Shown here piece after piece: positions 37,829 to 50,380 of a DNA stretch of 64,000 nt. The position numbers and the translations under genes were made by a program. The notes beneath the pieces are model-generated. The model did not search any database and was not told where the DNA came from. It saw only the letters and a list, made by a program, of their open reading frames with translations. Source of the stretch: Azolla caroliniana (taxonomy: Eukaryota; Plantae; Polypodiophyta); assembly GCA_043228905.1 (NCBI GenBank), contig JBHGNT010000008.1:1364001-1428000 (forward strand), in the 5' to 3' direction. Positions within the stretch are counted from its first letter, which is position 1. Each line of letters opens with the position of its first letter.

Positions 37829-40800
37829 TGTTAAGGATAAAAGAATCGGAGCTACAAGGATACTACAAGGATGCGATCGACAAGCCTAAAAGCACTACAA
37901 AGACACGATTGACAAGCTAAAGGCAAGTATCATTAACTGGTGTTGTCCACCTAGAATTCATTCAAGGTGAACTCAAATATTTATACTAAGTGGCATGCAT
38001 GCCTGTTGCGTGCATGTGATACACTAGAGCATGTATGTACGAATGCATGTGCCAAGTGTGAATAATAAAATGGAGCAATTATGCTCATGATGCTAGCTTA
38101 AAGCTACAACGAACAACTATACATATGATTGTATATTGGACATGTTGGTTAACACATAACACTCGATTATAATACAAGAGGTCACGAGTTCGGATCTTGT
38201 CATGACCATTGTCATGTCCGTGACATTATCCCCCCTTGTTTAGTGTTGACTTCTAGGCGGCGCAAGCTTGTGTGGATAACAAAGATGGAAATCATCAACT
38301 GCCTCGGTTGGTTGCATTCGTCAAATGGTGGTGAGGTTCCCAAGTAGTTTCAGATATCAGGTATCCTTTCCATCATACCAAGTAATAGAGTTTTCAACGT
38401 AGAAGCTTGGAGTCGAGGATTTCTTAACTTCATACTCATTGCCAGACTCCAACTCGATCGGCGGTGGTTGAGGGAGTTGTCGCTCGGGAAGTACAAAGGG
38501 ATGGTAAACCTCCAAGAGAGATACATGAAAAACGTCATGGATGCGATAGTGGGGAGGAAGGTCAAGCCGATAGGACACATGATTGATACACTCATAGATG
38601 CGGAAGGGGCCCAATTTTGTGTAATCTAGCTTGGCACATGGACAAGTGGTCGTAATATTGCGCCGTAGCAGCCAAACCATGTCACCTATTTGAAAGTTGG
38701 GCACCAAAGCCCATAGATGGTTTATCATTGCCTTTTGTCAGTCTTGTGCATTAATGAGCTCAAGGGTTAGATCTTGGTGGATTTCTTTTGGATGACGCAC
38801 CCGCTCTTTAGTCGAGGGGTTCATCGAACTAGAGGGAAGGGATATGTTGAGGCAAGGTTGGAAACTAAAGTTGGCAAAGAATGGGGAGGTGCCGATCGAT
38901 GAATGAAGGATGTTATTATAAGCGAATTCAGCCACTGGGAGGAACGTAGTCCAATCATCTTGCTAGTAACTCACCACACATAGAAGATATTGCTCTAGTA
39001 CCTGATTTACACATTCCGTCTTCCCACCTATTTGTGGATGGAATGTCGTCCATAACTTGGTGGTGGTGCCCAGAATATGGAAGAGATGTTTCCAAAAATG
39101 GGAAATAAATGGGGCACCACGATCGGAGATGATGTCATCAGGCAACCCATGGAGGTGCACAACATTCGCCAAGATTAGATTTGTTGTCTCTAAGCCTGAG
39201 ATGGCTTTGGAACATGGTATAAAATGCATCATTTTGGTAAATCGGTCCACGATTACAAAGATGGAGTCATGTCCCTTAGAGAGTGGCAAGTCGGTGATGA
39301 AGTTCATAGAAATGGATGACCACAGTCGATCCAGTAGTGGGAGAGGTCAAAGCAGTTCATACGGGCGATGATGGGTTGTTTTAGATTGAGCATAGATGTC
39401 ACAAGTCTTAATGAAGTCTTTCACTAGCTTCCACATTTGGGGCCACCAATAGGTTCGAGAGATCAACTCTAAAGTTTTGGCGACCCCAAAATGGCCCGCA
39501 AGCAAACCATCGTGGCATTCAGTTAGAATGTGAACTCGGCATGGCCCTTCCAGGAGGTAGACTAGATTGTTCCTCAAGAGTACCCCATCTCAAAAGGAGA
39601 ATTTTTCAAGGTCATATCGTTGTGATCGATGAGTTGGGTCCTTGAAACATGCTTTGATTTCCTAAGCAAAGTGATCGGTTGTAGTGGTTGTGGTGATGTC
39701 AGCAAGGAGGGTCTCTTCTTGGAGGACATAGGTTACGAAGATTTGAACTTGATCAAGTGTCAACAAACATTGGGATTGTTGATCATATGCCTTATCCCCG
39801 GGGTCGGGTGCTAGCTCTGGCCCCCTAGAAAGAGCATCAGCTTTGCTATGTTGCTGTCCTAGACGAAACGCAATGTCAAAGTCATAGTCGGCAAGGAAAA
39901 TTGACCATCGAGCTTGTTGACGATTCAAGGTGCGCGTAGAAGAAAAATAGAGAAGGTTTTTGTGGTCGGTTATGACCTAAACATAGTGTTGGGCCCCAGC
40001 TAGGTAAGGCCTCCATTCTTCAAACGCAGAGATAATGGTTGCAAGTTCCTTGTCATAGATCGGGTAGTTTATCTCCGGAGTTGTGAATTTATGCGAGTAG
40101 TAAGCTATTGGATGGTGTACCCCATTGTTGTCGGGTTGTGAGAGGATAACGCCGATAGTAAAGACTGATGCATCTGTTTCCACTATGAATGACTTTCTTG
40201 GGTCGGGGTGAAGGAGTACTGGGGCGGTCATAAAGGCAGATTTAAATGCCATGAATGTAGATTGTTCTGCCGATGTCCAACAAAAGGGTCGGTCCTTACG
40301 GGTGAGTGCTACCAATGGTTGCACAATTTTGGAGAACCCTTTAATAAACAGACAATAGAAATTTGCAAAGCCACGAAAGGATTGAACGTCTCTTAACTGG
40401 GTAGGAGGTTGCCATTCTTGAATTGCGGCCACTTTCTGTTGATCCATGGAAATACCATCGGGACAGATGATGTAGCCCAGAAATTCTACAAAAGACTGCT
40501 CGAATGCGCATTTCTCATATTTGGCGTAAAGACCATGTTCCTGAAGTCTTGACATCATTAGGCGAACATGCTGCTCATGGGTATCAAGATCCAGTGAGTA
40601 GATGAGAATGTCATCTAGATAGACCACCATGAATTGGTCGAGATAGTCTCAGAAGATATCATTTATCACGTGTTGGAATATGGCAGGGGCGTTGGTTAGC
40701 CCAAATGGCATGACACAAGACTCGAACAACCCGTATCGGGTTCAGAATGTCGTGTTCAATTTGTCTCCCGGACGGATATGCACTAGGTTGTAAGCCCCTC

Positions 40801-41700
40801 GTAGATCAATTTTCGAGAACACTCATCCGAGCCGAAGGTGATCCAAAAGCTCTGGAATCAAAGGTAGTGGGTAGCAATTGCGGATTGTTACCTTGTTAAG
40901 TCCTCGATAGTCGATACATAGACACAAGGAGCCATCTTTTTTCTTGACAAATAGGATTGGTGCCCTGACTGGAATTTTTGAGTGACGAATGAACCCTTTC
41001 GCCAAGTTTTCTTCAATGTATGCACAGAGGGCATCCAACTCTGGCTCAAATAACCCGTAGATGGGACCGAAGGGAGGACAAGCACCGTCCTGGATGTCGA
41101 TTGGACAATCGTATGGCCGATGCTCTAGCAGTCGATCCACATTCCATTTCTCAAAGACATCAAAGAACTCCCGATATTTTGAAAGAATTAAGGTTGAATG
41201 TTCGACCGTAGTAGCAACTTGAGCAGGATGGTCATCCTCAGGCTTCACCTGACCGGGCGAAGTGCCGATGTTGTGAACAACTTTGCAGTTATCGTTAGCT
41301 TTGCCAATCCGAGTTGTGAAGTCGAGAGATTGCCTAAGTCAATCCACAATGGTATTGTGCGTCACGAACCAGGACAACCCTAGAATGACAGGATGCCGAG
41401 GGGAAGAAATTAGATCGAACGCGATCATTTCCGGATGAGATCCCATAATGAGCTCTAGTGGAATCGTTTCTTCTATGATGGCACCCAATAGGAGCAGTCG
41501 TCCATCAATAACCTCGACCGGAATAAGCTTTGTTTTGATGACCTAAGGGATGGAGTGTCTATGGCCAAAGAGCATGTCCATAAAACATGTCGTGGCTCCA
41601 GAATCAAGTAGGGTGGTGGTGCATATCATTTGAGTCCCGATCTGCAAGCTCTCCAGTACCGTAAAACCATTTCGAGCTGGCGCCACATGAATAGGTAGAG
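37829..41700 (-). mobile_element. Chromodomain-bearing Ty3/gypsy retrotransposon (chromovirus), degenerate, 5' end not resolved
   Basis: 3' LTR 37829-38225 with adjacent PPT (ttatccccccttg on +). Domain order protease (LLDSGAT, ~41600), RT (VVYLDDILIYS), RNaseH (ETDAS, YDKEL), integrase (ISDRG, GPF), chromodomain (EYEVK..ILDSKL..WKGY..TWEP, ~38330-38440). Confidence 0.9.
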
Positions 41701-43079
41701 CTGATCATCTTACTGATGGAGCCCAGTTGCATAACTCTTACTATACATGGGCTCTCCCATTTCCTGATATGCGACTACGTTTCACCGAGCAAGAGGCAGC
41801 AAGATGTTTGGACACGCCATAGTAGAAACACAAGTTGTCTCGTTGATGTTGTTGTTGTGCATTGGACAACGATCGGGGCCCCACTTTATCCACCTCCATC
41901 TTCTATAGTCTAAGAGGACTCATGTACCATTGAACTTTTTTGGCAAATTGATCTTTGATTATTTGGGGGAAGTTTGTTGTGTTGAAGCTTGTTGTTGCAA
42001 ATATTGCAATGTTTCGTCAAGTTGATCAACTTAGTTTGAAAGTGTGTCATGTTGTTGGACTTTTTTGGCACTTTTCATAGATCTCCCAGTAATCTTAGTT
42101 TGTGAGGCAGTCTAAGTCAGAGAGAATAGATACGTACTCCTACCTGCTAACAACTTCCATGATTATGGAGTCACTCAATAAGATTACCAAAAAGAAAGAA
42201 AGAAAGGTTTTGGATTCAACTTTTCTAGGTCAACGCAAAATTATATTGAATTAGAAAAGAGAGTGAGAGGAAAAAGAAAAAAAAGAGAAATAGAATTTGT
42301 ACTATCAAGTCTCAACAACAAGAAGATTTGTAGGGGCTATGTGCATTGAAGACTAGCATTGTTGAACTAGAATGGTTTTGATAAGAGAACCCCTTCTCTC
42401 TTTATATAGTACATCATTATGTCATGCATGATCACAACTATAGCCTATAGGTAATGCATGGCTACCACTTGGTTGGCTATCACTCATTCATGCATGCTTA
42501 CCATTTAGCAATCATGCATAGCTAACAATATCAAAGTAACAATAGCCTAAGATGTTACAATACAAGAATTTATGGAATAGTTTTTATCCTATAAAATGTC
42601 ACGTGAAATGATAACATATCAATTATGACTTAGATTTGTCAAAGGAGAAAAATCTTGCTTATGTAAATAATAAAGAAGTGAGAAATGTCATGAAATTGAC
42701 TTTCGTAGTTTTTTAAAAATTCCCTAATGTCTTTCCACATATGGCTCAACAATGTTCTCTCACTTCAAAGATATATCTTATTTCCTACACAATTACATGA
42801 AGTGTTTTTTTCTTGGCATGTACCAAAGCTAAATTCTAATGAAGAGGCATGGGAAGTGTAATATTTGGCTAGTACTTAAGAATAGACAAGAGAGAAATGG
42901 GATAATATAGATTAATGATGCAAACTAGACCATGGATTAATAATACAAGATTACTAAGAAAAACTAGACCATGATTAGTACTTAAGAACAAACAAGAGAG
43001 AGATGGGATAATATAGATTAATGATAGATTCATGTCTTGGGAATGGTGTTGATATACTTAAGATTAACTAGGGAGGAAA

Positions 43080-43760
43080 ACCCAAGTTTTTTAGATTGTT
43101 TACATGTGAGCATGAAGAATGCTTTAATCCAAAAAGTCTTCTCTCATAGCAATACGATCTTCGTGGCATATGCGATGGTTGCTAACAAGGGACAATGAGG
43201 AATTACATTCAATCACCTTTCATTAAGGTAAATTTGAAACCACAAAAAGTCAATTATAATATCCATGACAAAGAACTTTTGATCATTGTGGAGTTTTTTG
43301 AGTACTAATGCTAGTTCTTGTAGGTTACTCCCCCACCAAATCATTATCTATACAAATCACAAGAACCTCACATTTTTTAGAATGCTCAAATTCTAAATCA
43401 ACAAAAATTTTATTGGGTACAACTTCTCATGCGTTAAAATTTGCTAATAATACATGCCTAGGGTTATAACAAGGAAAATTAGAAAATACTCTAGCATGCC
43501 ACCAAGACCAAGGTTCCTTGGGTCACAATTGCTTATAAGTGATGACTAATAATGTCTTTGTAGCCTTCACATGTTCAAGTATTCTTGATTCCATCCATAT
43601 AGATGCTCTTACGAATGCTTTTGCAACAAACATCTTGGACTAGAGCATGGTTCTTTCTTGAGGTTTAAGAATTCTTGTATGGATTATGAGTAGTGTGAAT
43701 AACAAGATGGATTGCCCTTTTGTAACAATCATTTGTATGTTTGTAATGACCAAGTCTATG
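43080..43760 (+). mobile_element. Old Ty3/gypsy RNaseH remnant
   Basis: NYNIHDKELLIIVE at ~43253 and IIIYTNHKNL at ~43340; heavily decayed. Confidence 0.6.
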
Positions 43761-45148
43761 CATTTTGGATTCCAAATATTCTTGTATGGATTAATTGTAT
43801 TTCAATTGACTAGATAGTTTATTTTTGAAACAACCATCTATACATTATTGTGAATCTCACACTTCACGAGTTGAAATTGGTGGAATTTCGAAATTGATAG
43901 TTAGGCTTATTGATAAGGGGCTTACTAGAGCGAACAAAGTATTAGTTCCATTTTGAATGTAAGGGCCATATTGTAAATTAAAGAAATGATTGGTCTAAAA
44001 GCAAGACCAAACATTTTTATAATTATGAATTAAATAGGCCCAAGGTCATATGTGTAATTTTGGGGAGCAATTAACCTAAAATTCAACATGGCCATTTTTA
44101 TAATTATTGAAAGAAGTTTCTAGAAACTTCCAAAGAAGTTGAGATTAAAGATTGCAACCACCCTAATGAGGGTGGTGAGTAGTAGGGATCGGTTTAGGCT
44201 CAACTAATTTGGTCTTATCCGAGCCAAACCAGCCAGCTATGCCTAAACTGGTTTGGGGATTCTCAAACCTTGACCAAACCAAACCAAACCAATCCCTAAA
44301 CCGGTTAAGCCTAAACCAATTTGACCCAAACTTCCATTAAATGCCGGTTTCCTTTTTCTCTTCTTTCTCCTTCTTTTTGTTTTCTTTTTATTTTTTATTT
44401 TTTTCTCATCCCTTCACGTCCTGTCAGATTATTAATTAAACAAATATGAGTTAATTAATCGATATACATATTTATTTGTTTTTTAGGCTGGTTTAAATTC
44501 CTCAGATTTTGCCCCAACTTCCCTCTACTTCACACATGTACATAGATACATATATTTGTTTTAAATAATGATTAATTAATCTTCCTCATAATTCTAAACC
44601 TGTAATCTCTAATCTTCTTTTGATCCTCGTTACTAAGCATTTATCTGTTAAAATTTCACTTAGACAAATTCCGATATTAAACTTAGACACAAACAGAAAA
44701 ATGAAGAAGAGCACACGATTTACGTGGAAAACCCTGATTTCAGGGAAAAACCATGGAACAAAGATTTCCACTATAATAGAGCACAAAATACAACCATAGA
44801 ATGAAAGCCCTTGACCTGATCTAAATTCTCTGAAACCACAATTTCTGATGAGCATTCCAAACCCTAACACGTAGATGTCTATTCCCCTTTGAAGCTTCCA
44901 AAGCTTTTCTATCTTTCTTTCTATTTCTCTTTGTTTCACTCTTCTTTCTTCTCTCACTTAGCTTCTGAGTATTCTCTCTTGCCCAACAACCACTACTATG
45001 TATATACTCAGTCGTTCTCACATATATATGTCTCTCACTTACTCACATACGTTATGTATGTTTTTCCCCCTTTATCCCACTGTTTACTTCTAGTGAGTTA
45101 TCCCACATACAAACCACTACTAGGCCTGCTAGTATATATATACTAAGT

Positions 45149-45238
45149 CATTTCATTGAGAACCGACAAGAAGTTCCTTTAATAACTGGTTGTTTCGACT
45201 CGTTGGAACAGGTTGATGCGTTTACTAAACCATTTTAG
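45149..45238 (+). pseudogene. psbE: Plastid-derived psbE 3' fragment (NUPT)
   Basis: Translates as [29 protein letters not shown], matching the cytochrome b559 alpha C-terminus. Followed by GGAGG and psbF in plastid operon order. Confidence 0.88.
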
Positions 45239-45247
45239 GAGGCACCA

Positions 45248-45367
45248 ATGGCTCTAGATAAAACTCATCCAATTTTCACTATTACATGGTTAGCTGTGCA
45301 TGGATTAGCGGTACCTACGGTTTTATTCCCAGGTTCTATATCAGCAATGCAATTCATTCAGAGATAG
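45248..45367 (+). pseudogene. psbF: Plastid-derived psbF copy (NUPT), cytochrome b559 beta
   Basis: Translates as [39 protein letters not shown] (39 aa). Confidence 0.92.
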
Positions 45368-45391
45368 TTTTTACATGAGTTATAAGAAGAT

Positions 45392-45830
45392 TGTTGAGAT
45401 ATCAAGCTCAACTAGTTTAATCTAGTTAGTCAACACATGTAACTTAGTAGTTACCTAGATCGAATCTAGTTAATGTGTTGACCTTAAGCCTTTAAATAGG
45501 ACCTTGTACTTAAGTATGATATTCTAGATCCTCCACTCCTTAGTACATTTAATGTAGGACTTACACATAAGTACCTATGTTCTACCCACACATGTGCACC
45601 TTTGCACATGGGTTGTATATATACCTCATTGTGGGTATTTTTGTATGTTGATGACACTTTTCAATATACTCAATCATCCCCCATTTATCTTTGTGTTCAA
45701 GTGTAACTTCCTCTCTCTCTCTCTTCCTCTCACACACTCTCACCCGCATATCATACTAATCTTTCGCTGCTTAACGTAACCATATAATTAGTCTCTAATT
45801 AACCCTAGTTAATTACCTAATTACTTAACA
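45392..45830 (+). mobile_element. Copia solo LTR, same family as the 54607-55039 LTR
   Basis: TGTTGAGATATCAAGCTC..TTAACA, TSD AAGAT/AAGAC (4/5). Colinear with 54607-55039. Confidence 0.88.
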
Positions 45831-45835
45831 AAGAC

Positions 45836-45867
<32 letters not shown>

Positions 45868-47775
45868 CTAAACTCCTATTTGACTTAGTTCGAATTCGGT
45901 TCTTCGGCAATCCGACTATTCTTTTTGCTCTCCGACCGATTTCGGCCAAATTCGGTCAGCTGACTCTTTTCGGCTTTTCAGCCGACTCTTAAGTCAACTT
46001 TTCGGCCGACTCCCCAAGGAGGGACGCCTTTACATAACATTATCTTCTTGAAATTATCATCCCTAATCAGTAATCTCGATGCATTGTGCAGGCTCCAACT
46101 CTTTCTTTCACTCCATCTCCCTTTGTCCCCTCTCTCTCTGATGTCTGTGTCGACTCTCGTCTCTCGTCTTCCAACTTCTAGTAAAAATTGACCTAATTAT
46201 TAAACGAACACTAGTAAAAAGTTCAAATGACCTAACCGGTTTGAGCCAGTTTGGCAGGGCTCAAGCCGAACCGAACCGAGCCTCTAAATCGATTTAACGG
46301 CTCGTTGTCGATTCCTAGTTAGTAGCCTATACAAAGGGGTCGGAATCAATGACGAAATCAATTAAGGGGTGATGTGAAGAAGTAGGCAACAACATTAGGA
46401 AGCAAGAGTGTAAAGTGAGAAGAATTGTGATCAAAGCGAATAAGACCGGGAAAAGGAACATATTGCAGGAGATTTTGCCCCATCGAGCAACAATGCAAAG
46501 TTCTCCCTCAATACACACATATGAGTAGTGTAACCGAAGTCATCTTACATTCTCAAGATGATTAAAGTGTTACCTTTTAAGTGATGTAACTATATATATA
46601 TATTCAAGTAATAAAAGTATTCAGTTTTTGCGTTATCCTCTTCGGCATCAAATCCACATAATCCTGTGCTCTTCCCCCAACCGTCTTGTTAGTTCTACAA
46701 TCTCCCCTTTTTAAAATCCCAATGATTTAACACAACTACGAATCAAGAAACAAAGATTTCTAGTGTGGATTATAGGTATTTCGAATGACTAGATGGTTTT
46801 CTCTTTTGAAACAACCTTTTATATGTTCCTAATGTCCCTTCTCATTGTTGAATATTCTGGTAGAGCCATGACACATGTATCACTGGACATTTTGGTGTCC
46901 AAAAGACTCTCATGCTTTGGAACTCATATGAATATTGTTGATGTCGTAACTCTATAGAAGAGTTCCATTATTCAAGTCTTTATAAGGAAATATCTAAATT
47001 GGGAAGTTCTATCGCCATAAAATCATTTTAGTTCAACACTAGTCTGTGGCAAACACATTCCAACGTGCTCTTGTACTTCTTCTATATAAATAAATATCCC
47101 TTTCTTTCTTTTCTGATTTATTATTGTTTTTGGCTCCTACCTTTAAAGCGAAGATCTCCATACGTACGTTGTTAAGTCTTAAGATATTTGAGGTCACTTT
47201 TGTAGGCAATCTTTCAAATAGTAAAGAATAACATACCACTTTATCGACATCAACATCAACATCCCACCGCCATGAGAACTTATGGGAACCATTTTTCTCA
47301 ACCAATATTCAAAACATTTGGTTGTTCGGATCATGCCATTAGTTTATATTACTTCGAACGTTTTTTATTCTATACACTTCACAAAATGTAGTATGTAGAT
47401 TTCGATAAAGAAGTTTTGGAAATGCCAAATTTTCATGTTCTAGTTACCAAAAATTTGCAAAATAAAGCCTTAGATGCAAAGGACGGTATAATATTGTTTT
47501 TATTGGTTTATTAGGTATGTAAATATATATATATATATGTATATATACAAAAAGCCGGAGGCAAAACACTACATGATACATCATGACCAAACCACAATAT
47601 GCACCACTTCTTACCACCTCTATGAATGCTATACAAGAGGGAGGGTGTAGAGGGCCATGTGATAGCATAACAATGTGAATAATAATATATGATGTTATGT
47701 AGTAGGTGTACGTATGAGAAGGGATACTATTACTAATGGATCTTTGGTTGCAAATTAAGTAGCTCGATAATTAGT

Positions 47776-49812
47776 TTAGCACGAAGACTTTGTGGAGCAT
47801 GATAAGGGCCCTGCGGAGGAAGTCATGGAAGCGACATACTTGGTTGAGACACCAAGGCCGTATTGGCTCGTGTCGGCGTTCGCCGGACCAGATTGACGGA
47901 AAAAAGCTCCATTCTCAAATGTGTCATCCACTGACTTCCAAACCCATGACTTCCATCTTTTTGTACGCTCTCTTTTGGTCACCTTTATAAGATTGCACAT
48001 ATAATTTGTCAATGAATATCATTGGGAATATTTAAAACTACATACTTGGAGTTATTTGAACCATAAGAATATCTAACCTCCTTATTTCTGGTGGAAGGAG
48101 CCACGAATCGATTGCCCGCACTAATAATGGTCGGATGGAGACTACCCCCAATTGCATACTCCTGCCATCCGTCGTAGTCATTATGGGCGATATGGACAAC
48201 ACCAAAGCGGCATCTACCAGAACCCCAACATTAAAAGTATAGTTAGAGCTTCAAAATCCACACATCCTTGTTCATGAGTACGACAGTTAACATATAATGA
48301 TCTAATGACTAGAAGTCGTATATCATATTGGAATCCCTCCATGGGAAAATTAGAGTGGGTCCTAGACCTAGGCTACTCTTATATGCAATATTGCACCAAG
48401 TCTAAGTGGGAACGAGGGACTTAGTCTATGTAGACAGACGTAGTGCTTCTAGTATGTGAACACTATAGGAGGGACTTAGTCCTTATAGACCAAGTGCTAC
48501 TAGTATATGAACACTATAGGGAAAACACAAGTGATTGTCAACTAAATATGGCCAATACTGAGTTATGCCCCATTTACCACACTTACCTCATAATGTTTCA
48601 AGCATTGTGGCCACAATGTGTACCTAGGGGGTTACCATTGTGTACCTTGGGGGGGTTAATATACAAAGTTTAGATCACCTGGGCATGCGTTTGACGAGAC
48701 CGGCACCGAAGTGGTTGAAAGCGATGGACACTTTCATCTTCTTGTCGGCCGTGTAGGTGTCACTATGGCCCAACAACATGACCTTGTCATGGTGGCTGAA
48801 GTAGTTGTTGGATATGGTGATGGCGGTGGAGGCGCGGATGATATCGATGAGGCCATCGGTGCATGAGGACAAGGAGTTGTGGTCGATCCATATCGTGTTG
48901 GAGCCGAAGATGCTGATGGCATCACCATCAGAGCCTCTCCGGTAGCCAATGTGGGCAGTGGAGCTCCGGACGCGGCCGGCCTTGCCGGGGGTACAATGGT
49001 GGATGTTAATACCATGGATGATGACATTGGAGACATACTGTAGGGTGAGGCAAGGCCCGTAGGCGATCTCGACATTGGCGCCGCGGCCATCGATGGTTTT
49101 GTCACTAGTAAAGATGAGCTCATTCTTGAGGACAATCCGCATGTCCTTGGCGAAGTAGATCCAAAGGGGCCGGAGCTGGATCACGCCATAGCGGAGGGTT
49201 CCGGGGGCCGGGTTTTGGGCATCATCGGAATTGTCGGTGACCACGTAGTATTGGCCGCCTTTCCCGCCCGTTGCGCCGCCACCGAACCCGATGCCGCAAT
49301 TGGCGAGGGCCATCCGGTTGGCAGCCCAATTCGCGTTGCCACGCCAGCACGCATCGATCGTGTTCATGCCGGTTGTCGACACCGCCTCCGCCACGCCTCG
49401 TGTCAGCTCATCCCACAGGAGATGGTCTCCATTCACATTCACATTCCTGGGGAAAATTATATATATGGAAAAAAACAAAAACAAACAAACATTCAGAAAT
49501 TCATGCTTTTAATTGGCAACATGATTATCATACATACACATATACATTTTTATAGCATCCATACACTATCATCAAATTCACATGCTACTAAGCACAGAAG
49601 AATTTAAAGCAATCATTTAATTCCATGCTTTCTCATGGAAAATGATTCCCTACATTTACTTGACCTGATTGCTCTAGTGGGACTAAGAAATGGGTGTACC
49701 TGCTAGCATTTTGAGCATGGATGCACGGGATTAGTGATCCCATGATCATAACTAGGACGGGGATCAGGAGTAATGCAATGGATGAATCGATGACCTGCAT
49801 AGGATTGGCCAT
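47776..49812 (-). CDS. Pectate lyase (polysaccharide lyase family 1), secreted, 407 aa, 4 exons
   Basis: Exons 49812-49700, 49446-48679, 48213-48078 and 47982-47776 join GT-AG in phase (1224 nt). Hydrophobic signal peptide; motifs [47 protein letters not shown] and RMPR|CRFG. Confidence 0.94.
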
Positions 49813-49974
49813 TGGTTAAAAGGAATTTGCCTTTCTATGCAGGTCACCTTAATCTCTCTGAGGAAATTAAGATAGAATGTTAGGCTTTGAATCTGATTAA
49901 TACATGAATTGCTCATCCATACCTCTTACTTATATATAACCATATATATATGCATATGCATATCAATTATAAAA

Positions 49975-50380
49975 TCTATGTGTGTATGTATGCATGCATT
50001 AATGAATGAATGAATGTAATGTATGTATGTATGTATGTATGTATGTATGGTATATATGTATATTACTAGCATTGCTAAAGATGTGTGTATACATTATGAG
50101 ATTATATTTGCTTGCATGAGTATGTGCATTATTCATGTACTATCTTGAAATTCTAGTACGAGCATGCATATGTTTACGTGCATGTATGTGTCTGTGTATG
50201 TGCTACAAGTTATGTGTATGTGTACATATGTGTATGGGTGTGTGTGTTATAACTTATAAGGTATCTGCATGTGATATAAGTTATGTGTATGTGTTATAAC
50301 TTATAAGTTATGTCTATGTGTATGTGTTATAAGTTATGTGCATGTGTATGTATTATATGTATGTGTATGTGTTATGTGCA
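49975..50380. repeat. TATG/TG-rich simple-repeat tract upstream of the pectate lyase
   Basis: (TATG)n at ~50020-50049 and repeated gttatgtgtatgtg motifs. Confidence 0.75.

Larger units (their letters stand above)
44646..46039 (-). mobile_element. Copia solo LTR containing a plastid insert and a second solo LTR
   Basis: TGTTA..TAACA ends, exact TSD TTATC (44641-44645 and 46040-46044). Carries the tttacgtggaaaaccct..gggaaaaacca motif shared by the copia LTRs in this window. Confidence 0.85.
44183..46317. mobile_element. hAT-like non-autonomous element (MITE) hosting nested insertions
   Basis: Ends TAGGGATCGG / TCGATTCCTA, 8-bp TSD GTGAGTAG/GTTAGTAG (7/8), and clustered aaacc(g)/(c)ggtt subterminal motifs at both ends. 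Confidence 0.75.

Noticed and set aside
30154-38208. Functional tRNA genes at 30154, 32140 and 38138 (also 56303)
   Set aside because: Acceptor or anticodon stems are broken and each copy lies inside an LTR; reported as tRNA-like cassettes instead.
42150-42620. 5' LTR of the 37829 chromovirus
   Set aside because: It looks LTR-like but does not align by eye with 37829-38225, and no PBS or TSD was found.
45248-45367. Functional nuclear psbF gene
   Set aside because: No transit peptide, unedited codons, loss of the conserved Arg before Trp, and location inside an LTR.
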